Origin: Candidatus Woesearchaeota archaeon
GTDB lineage: Archaea > Nanobdellota > Nanobdellia > Pacearchaeales > GW2011-AR1
NCBI GenBank assembly: GCA_964479015.1
Contig: CAYZJM010000002.1
Location: 1-34,491, forward strand
Length of the DNA stretch: 34,491 nt
Reading direction: 5' to 3'
The notes beneath the pieces were generated by a model. That model was not told the DNA's origin. It did not search any database and saw nothing but the letters and a program-made list of their open reading frames with translations. Below, in pieces: positions 31,023 through 34,491 of the stretch. The position numbers were made by a program, and so were the translations under genes. Every line of letters begins with the position of its first letter. Within the stretch, counting starts at the first letter, position 1.

Positions 31023-31964
31023 ATGAATGGCAATTATGAAAAAATAATCGAAAGAATTGCAAAATCTTCTGGATTAGAAAAGAATGAGATTGAAAGAAAA
31101 ATTGAAGCTAAAAGGGCAAAACTTTCAGGATTAATTAGTAGAGAGGGTGCAGCACAGGTTATTTGTGCAGAGTTAGGAATTAATTTAGATAAAGAGAAAT
31201 TAAAGATTGGAGAGCTACTTCCTAGTATGAGGAAAGTAAATACCATAGGGAAGGTGATTAGTATTTCTCCTGTAAGAAAATTTACAAGGAATAATAAAGA
31301 ATCTAAAGTAGTTAATTTATTTATTGCAGATGAATCTTCAAATGTAAGGGTGGTCTTGTGGGACGAGAATCATATAGATTTAATTGAAAAAAAGCAGGTA
31401 AAAGAAGGAGATGTTGTGGAAGTTTCTAATGGAAATATGAGAAATAATGAAATCCATCTTGGAGGTTTTTCAGAATTTAAAAAAGTAAATAAGGAATTGG
31501 GGGAGGTTGTTACAGAAAAGATTGTTAAACCAAAAAAGATTTCAGAGTTAAATGTTTCTGAAAGTGTTAGTCTTCGTGCATTTGTTGTTCAAGCATTTGA
31601 GCCAAAGACTTTTGAAGTCTGCCCAGAATGTAAAAAAAGAGCTTTCCCTCAAGATGGAGGTTTTGTTTGCAAAGAGCATGGAAAAGTTACTCCCGAGAAA
31701 AGAGCCTTAATCAATTTTGTTTTGGATGATGGGAGTGAGAGTATAAGGAGTGTTATGTTCTCTGATAATTTCTCTCAAGTAGGGATTACTGATTTAGAAG
31801 ACCCTTCATTACTTTCTCAACAAAAAAATAACCTTCTTGGAAAAGAGATGTTTTTTAATGGAGATGTGAGAAATAATAAATTTTTTAATAATTCTGAATT
31901 AATAGTTGATAGTGTAAAAGAGGTAAATCTTGATGAGCTTATTAATGAGCTAGAAAAAGGATAA
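31023..31964 (+). CDS. Replication protein A-like ssDNA-binding protein (OB folds plus Zn ribbon)
   Basis: An N-terminal helical module (ISREGAAQVICAELGINL) is followed by an OB-fold segment (VNLFIADESSNVRVVLWDE...GDVVEVSNG). A Zn ribbon (CPECKKRAF....CKEHGKV) and a second OB-like segment complete the protein. Confidence 0.7.
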   Translation: MNGNYEKIIERIAKSSGLEKNEIERKIEAKRAKLSGLISREGAAQVICAELGINLDKEKLKIGELLPSMRKVNTIGKVISISPVRKFTRNNKESKVVNLFIADESSNVRVVLWDENHIDLIEKKQVKEGDVVEVSNGNMRNNEIHLGGFSEFKKVNKELGEVVTEKIVKPKKISELNVSESVSLRAFVVQAFEPKTFEVCPECKKRAFPQDGGFVCKEHGKVTPEKRALINFVLDDGSESIRSVMFSDNFSQVGITDLEDPSLLSQQKNNLLGKEMFFNGDVRNNKFFNNSELIVDSVKEVNLDELINELEKG

Positions 31965-32422
31965 TGTTAACTAGGACTCATGTCACAATCTGTTTATTTT
32001 TTGTTTTGTTATTTCTCCCCCTTGTAGAATCCAAGGTTTCTTTTGTATTTATCTCTTTTTTTGCTACACTCTTCCCAGATATAGATTCTAGTTTTTCTAA
32101 AATTGGAAAGAAGAAGTTATTTAGACCATTACAATTTTTTGTATCTCATAGGGGATTCCTTCACAGTTTTATCTTTTTAGGATTAGTACTTTTGCCTCTT
32201 TATTTATTTGAATCCTCTTTTTTATTCCCTTTTTTTATGGGCTATTCTATTCACCTATTAAGTGATGCCTTAACCATTAGGGGGATTAGGCCTTTTTACC
32301 CATATGGAAAAAGATTTTCAGGGTTTATTAAAACAGGTGAAAGAATGGAGGTTCTTTTTTTTATTATATTTTTGATGGGTTCTTTAGTGTTGTTTTATAG
32401 ATATCTTTTAACAATTTTTTAA
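31964..32422 (+). CDS. Membrane-bound metal-dependent hydrolase-like protein (DUF457/YdjM-like)
   Basis: MLTRTH...FPDIDS...HRGFLHS...HLLSDALTIRGIRPFYP sits within four hydrophobic helices. The ATG overlaps the RPA stop (TAATG). Confidence 0.55.
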   Translation: MLTRTHVTICLFFVLLFLPLVESKVSFVFISFFATLFPDIDSSFSKIGKKKLFRPLQFFVSHRGFLHSFIFLGLVLLPLYLFESSFLFPFFMGYSIHLLSDALTIRGIRPFYPYGKRFSGFIKTGERMEVLFFIIFLMGSLVLFYRYLLTIF

Positions 32423-32489
32423 GGATATCCTTTAATATATACCTAAGAGTTAAACAATCTTTATAAACAAGCAATTTTTTGTTGTTATA

Positions 32490-33524
32490 ATGGCAATAAA
32501 AGAAGAAAGTAAGGAAGAATCTAAGAAAGAGGTTAAAGAGAATTCTGGAGAAGGAAGAGCAAAGAAAGAGTCTCAAAAAGAACCCCAATTAACAGATTTA
32601 CCGGGAATAGGTGCAGCAGTTGCATCAAAATTAGAATCCGCAGGAGTTTATGATCTTATGGCTTTAGCAGTGATGAGTCCTGCATCTTTAGGAGATGCTG
32701 CAGGAGTGAGTGCAGCTGTTGCTAGGAAAGCTATTCAAGCTGCAAGAAACATGCTTGAATTAGGGTTTATTGATGGCTCAGAGTATGCAAAAAAAAGAGA
32801 TTCTGTTTGTTATATTACTACAGGAAGTAAAAATTTAGATGAACTTCTTGGAGGTAAGGGAATAGAAGGAAGGGCTGTTACAGAAGCTTTTGGGGCTTAT
32901 GGTAGTGGAAAAACCCAGTTAGGATTGACTTTGGCGGTTAATGCTCAATTACCTGTGGAGAAAGGGGGCGCAAATGGAAAATGCGTTTTTATAGACACTG
33001 AAGGTACTTTTAGACCTTCTAGAATTAAAGAGATTTCGGGGGCTCTTGGAGCTAATCCAGAGAAAGTATTAAAGAATATTTTAGTTGCAAGAGCCTTTAA
33101 TTCAGATCATCAAATCCTCTTGTTAGATAAAATTTCAGAGATGATAAAGAATGGTGAGCCAATTAAGTTATTGATAGTGGATTCTTTAACAGCCCATTTT
33201 AGGTCAGAATATTCTGGAAGAGGACAACTAGCAGATAGACAACAAAAACTTAATCGTTATCTTCACGATTTAATGAGGTTAGCAGAGCAACACAATCTTG
33301 CGATTTATGTTACAAACCAGGTAATGGCAAATCCAGCACAGATGTTTGGAGACCCTACAACTGCGATAGGAGGAAATATTGTAGGGCATGCTTCTACATA
33401 TAGAATTTATTTGAGAAGAGGTAAGAAAGGTTCCAGAGTTGCAAAGATGATTGATTCTCCAAATCTTCCTGAGAACGAAACAATCTTTTATCTTGGAACT
33501 GATGGTGTGAAGGATGATGAGTAA
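32490..33524 (+). CDS. radA: DNA repair and recombination protein RadA
   Basis: The HhH is [17 protein letters not shown] and Walker A is GAYGSGKTQ. Walker B is LLIVDSL. The C-terminal [19 protein letters not shown] also fits. A K/E-rich N-terminal extension of about 33 aa is present. A tttataaa TATA box (32460..32467) lies 26 nt upstream. Confidence 0.92.
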   Translation: MAIKEESKEESKKEVKENSGEGRAKKESQKEPQLTDLPGIGAAVASKLESAGVYDLMALAVMSPASLGDAAGVSAAVARKAIQAARNMLELGFIDGSEYAKKRDSVCYITTGSKNLDELLGGKGIEGRAVTEAFGAYGSGKTQLGLTLAVNAQLPVEKGGANGKCVFIDTEGTFRPSRIKEISGALGANPEKVLKNILVARAFNSDHQILLLDKISEMIKNGEPIKLLIVDSLTAHFRSEYSGRGQLADRQQKLNRYLHDLMRLAEQHNLAIYVTNQVMANPAQMFGDPTTAIGGNIVGHASTYRIYLRRGKKGSRVAKMIDSPNLPENETIFYLGTDGVKDDE

Positions 33525-33567
33525 TTTTTTAGAATTTTCTAGAGGGTATTAATTAACTTTTAAGAAT

Positions 33568-33638
33568 GCCTCCACGAGGAATCGAACCCCGAGCTCTTCG
33601 ACCGCAACGAAGTGTTTTATCCCTTAAACTATAGAGGC
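33568..33638 (-). tRNA. tRNA-Arg (anticodon GCG), no encoded CCA, no intron
   Basis: The reverse complement is GCCTCTA-TA-GTTT-AAGGGATA-AAAC-A-CTTCG-TTGCGGT-CGAAG-AGCT-CGGGG-TTCGATT-CCTCG-TGGAGGC. It folds by hand into a 7/4/5/5 cloverleaf with a TTCGATT T-loop and an anticodon loop TT-GCG-GT. A tatata box on the minus strand (33664..33669) lies about 26-30 nt upstream. Confidence 0.85.
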
Positions 33639-33717
33639 TTTATTTTAAACTATTCTTAAACTGTATATAGATTAATTAAACTTTGTAAATTTGGATAAAA
33701 ATGGGTATAAAATTTTA

Positions 33718-33751
33718 AAAGAATTTATATAAATTCTTTATATAAAGAATT
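33718..33751. repeat. Two overlapping perfect palindromes (22 nt and 20 nt) sharing the arm aattcttt
   Basis: aaagaatttatataaattcttt (33718..33739) and aattctttatataaagaatt (33732..33751) are each their own reverse complement. The arrangement is arm A, TATATA, arm A', ATATA, arm A. Confidence 0.85.
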
Positions 33752-33805
33752 ATTCTGTTTAGGGTTTATTTTAACTGTTTATTCATAGGGGATATAATTA
33801 AGATA

Positions 33806-34249
33806 TCATTCAACTAGTTCATCTTCATTAAACCAAAGTTCTATCTCTCTTTTTGCAGATTTTTGGGAATCTGATGCATGGACGATATTTTCCCAAGTTC
33901 CAGCACATATTCTCCCGTATTTCCCTCTTATAGAAAAAGGACAAGCTTGTTCAGGGTGGGTTTCTCCTGCAAGTTCCTTTACTTTTTTGATGGCATTCTC
34001 GCCTTTATACACAATTGCTATAACATTTTCATTATTATGAAGTTCTCCTGTTATATGTTTTATTAATTCATTAAAAAAAGGTTTATCTTTATGCTCAAAA
34101 TAATGTTGTTCTGCTAACTCTTTTCCAACATTAACAATCTTTATTCCAATTATTTTTAATCTGAGTCTATTCAAATCAGAAATAACATTCCCTGCAAGGC
34201 CTCTGCTCATCGCATCAGGCTTTATCAATACCAGTGTTCTTTGTTCCAT
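33806..34249 (-). CDS. ndk: Nucleoside diphosphate kinase
   Basis: RTLVLIKPDAM, the active-site NIVHASDS and a 147-aa length fit the family. The palindromic tttataaa TATA box (34270..34277) lies about 25 nt upstream. Confidence 0.9.
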   Translation of the reverse strand: MEQRTLVLIKPDAMSRGLAGNVISDLNRLRLKIIGIKIVNVGKELAEQHYFEHKDKPFFNELIKHITGELHNNENVIAIVYKGENAIKKVKELAGETHPEQACPFSIRGKYGRICAGTWENIVHASDSQKSAKREIELWFNEDELVE

Positions 34250-34441
34250 AGTTCATCTTGAAAAATTCATTTATAAACTTTACTATTGTTTTCTGTATAT
34301 TTTTGATATATTTAAGGAGAAATCTGTTTTTTGGGTTAATTTATTTTATTATAAATTGACTTTGGGGTTACCTAATAATAAGGCCATTAAAATTACAAAA
34401 TATTTCAAAAGTTTTAAATAATAGTCTTCATTAAATGTTTT

Positions 34442-34491
34442 ATGGAAAAGGGGTGTAAAAGGTTATCTTTAATTTTATTTCTAGGAATTTT
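34442..34491 (+). CDS. Start of a gene running off the right edge (signal-peptide-like N-terminus)
   Basis: ATG 34442 reads MEKGCKRLSLILFLGI with no stop before the edge. A ttttaaata TATA box (34412..34420) is centred 26 nt upstream, matching the leaderless pattern of the other genes. Confidence 0.4.
   Translation, partial: MEKGCKRLSLILFLGI

Noticed and set aside
30653-34066. ORFs 30653..30928(+), 31034..31246(-), 32364..32588(-) and 33878..34066(+)
   Set aside because: The first, second and fourth are antisense to aEF-1beta, RPA and NDK. ORF 32364..32588 spans the 3' end of the DUF457-like gene, the RadA promoter and the RadA 5' end on the wrong strand.

Overview
This is a visibly AT-rich, very compact archaeal contig with almost no non-coding DNA. 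All family calls come from motifs I can read in the translated ORFs, because no database search was possible.

Archaeal identity is supported by several genes:
- RadA recombinase
- aEF-1beta
- an OB-fold/Zn-finger RPA
- Hef helicase plus an XPF nuclease
- an archaeal-type TyrRS
- a DRG/TGS GTPase
- a CCA-less tRNA-Arg(GCG)

BRE/TATA boxes centred about 26 nt upstream of many ATGs also point to leaderless mRNAs. The small genes, several enzymes with eroded catalytic motifs and a heavy investment in surface structures suggest a reduced-genome DPANN-type archaeon. That placement is inference.

Gene content, left to right:
- a giant 1800-aa anchored subtilase/FG-GAP adhesin
- TyrRS, the DRG GTPase and an Mpg/AAG glycosylase with an (AAT)18-encoded poly-Asn tract
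- an ArmA/Rmt-like rRNA methyltransferase homologue
- an M16 peptidase, an arginase-fold protein and a LigT 2H phosphoesterase
- the split Hef helicase and XPF nuclease
- an S2P-like membrane protein, a PRC-barrel protein and two paralogous membrane proteins
- two coiled-coil proteins transcribed divergently from the pilus module

The main locus spans about 18.1-29.2 kb and is a complete type IV pilus-like module. It holds a 762-aa ATPase, a 728-aa platform protein and an A24 prepilin peptidase. Between them are nine proteins with [KR][KR][GA] class III signal peptides, one of which is missing from the ORF track. Two of them are monocistronic Cys-rich pilin paralogues whose first 125 nt are identical.

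Downstream lie a HIT-like protein, a tandem acyl-carrier-protein didomain (unusual for an archaeon), aEF-1beta, RPA, a DUF457-like hydrolase, RadA, the tRNA-Arg and NDK.

I saw no CRISPR array, transposase, integrase or reverse transcriptase.
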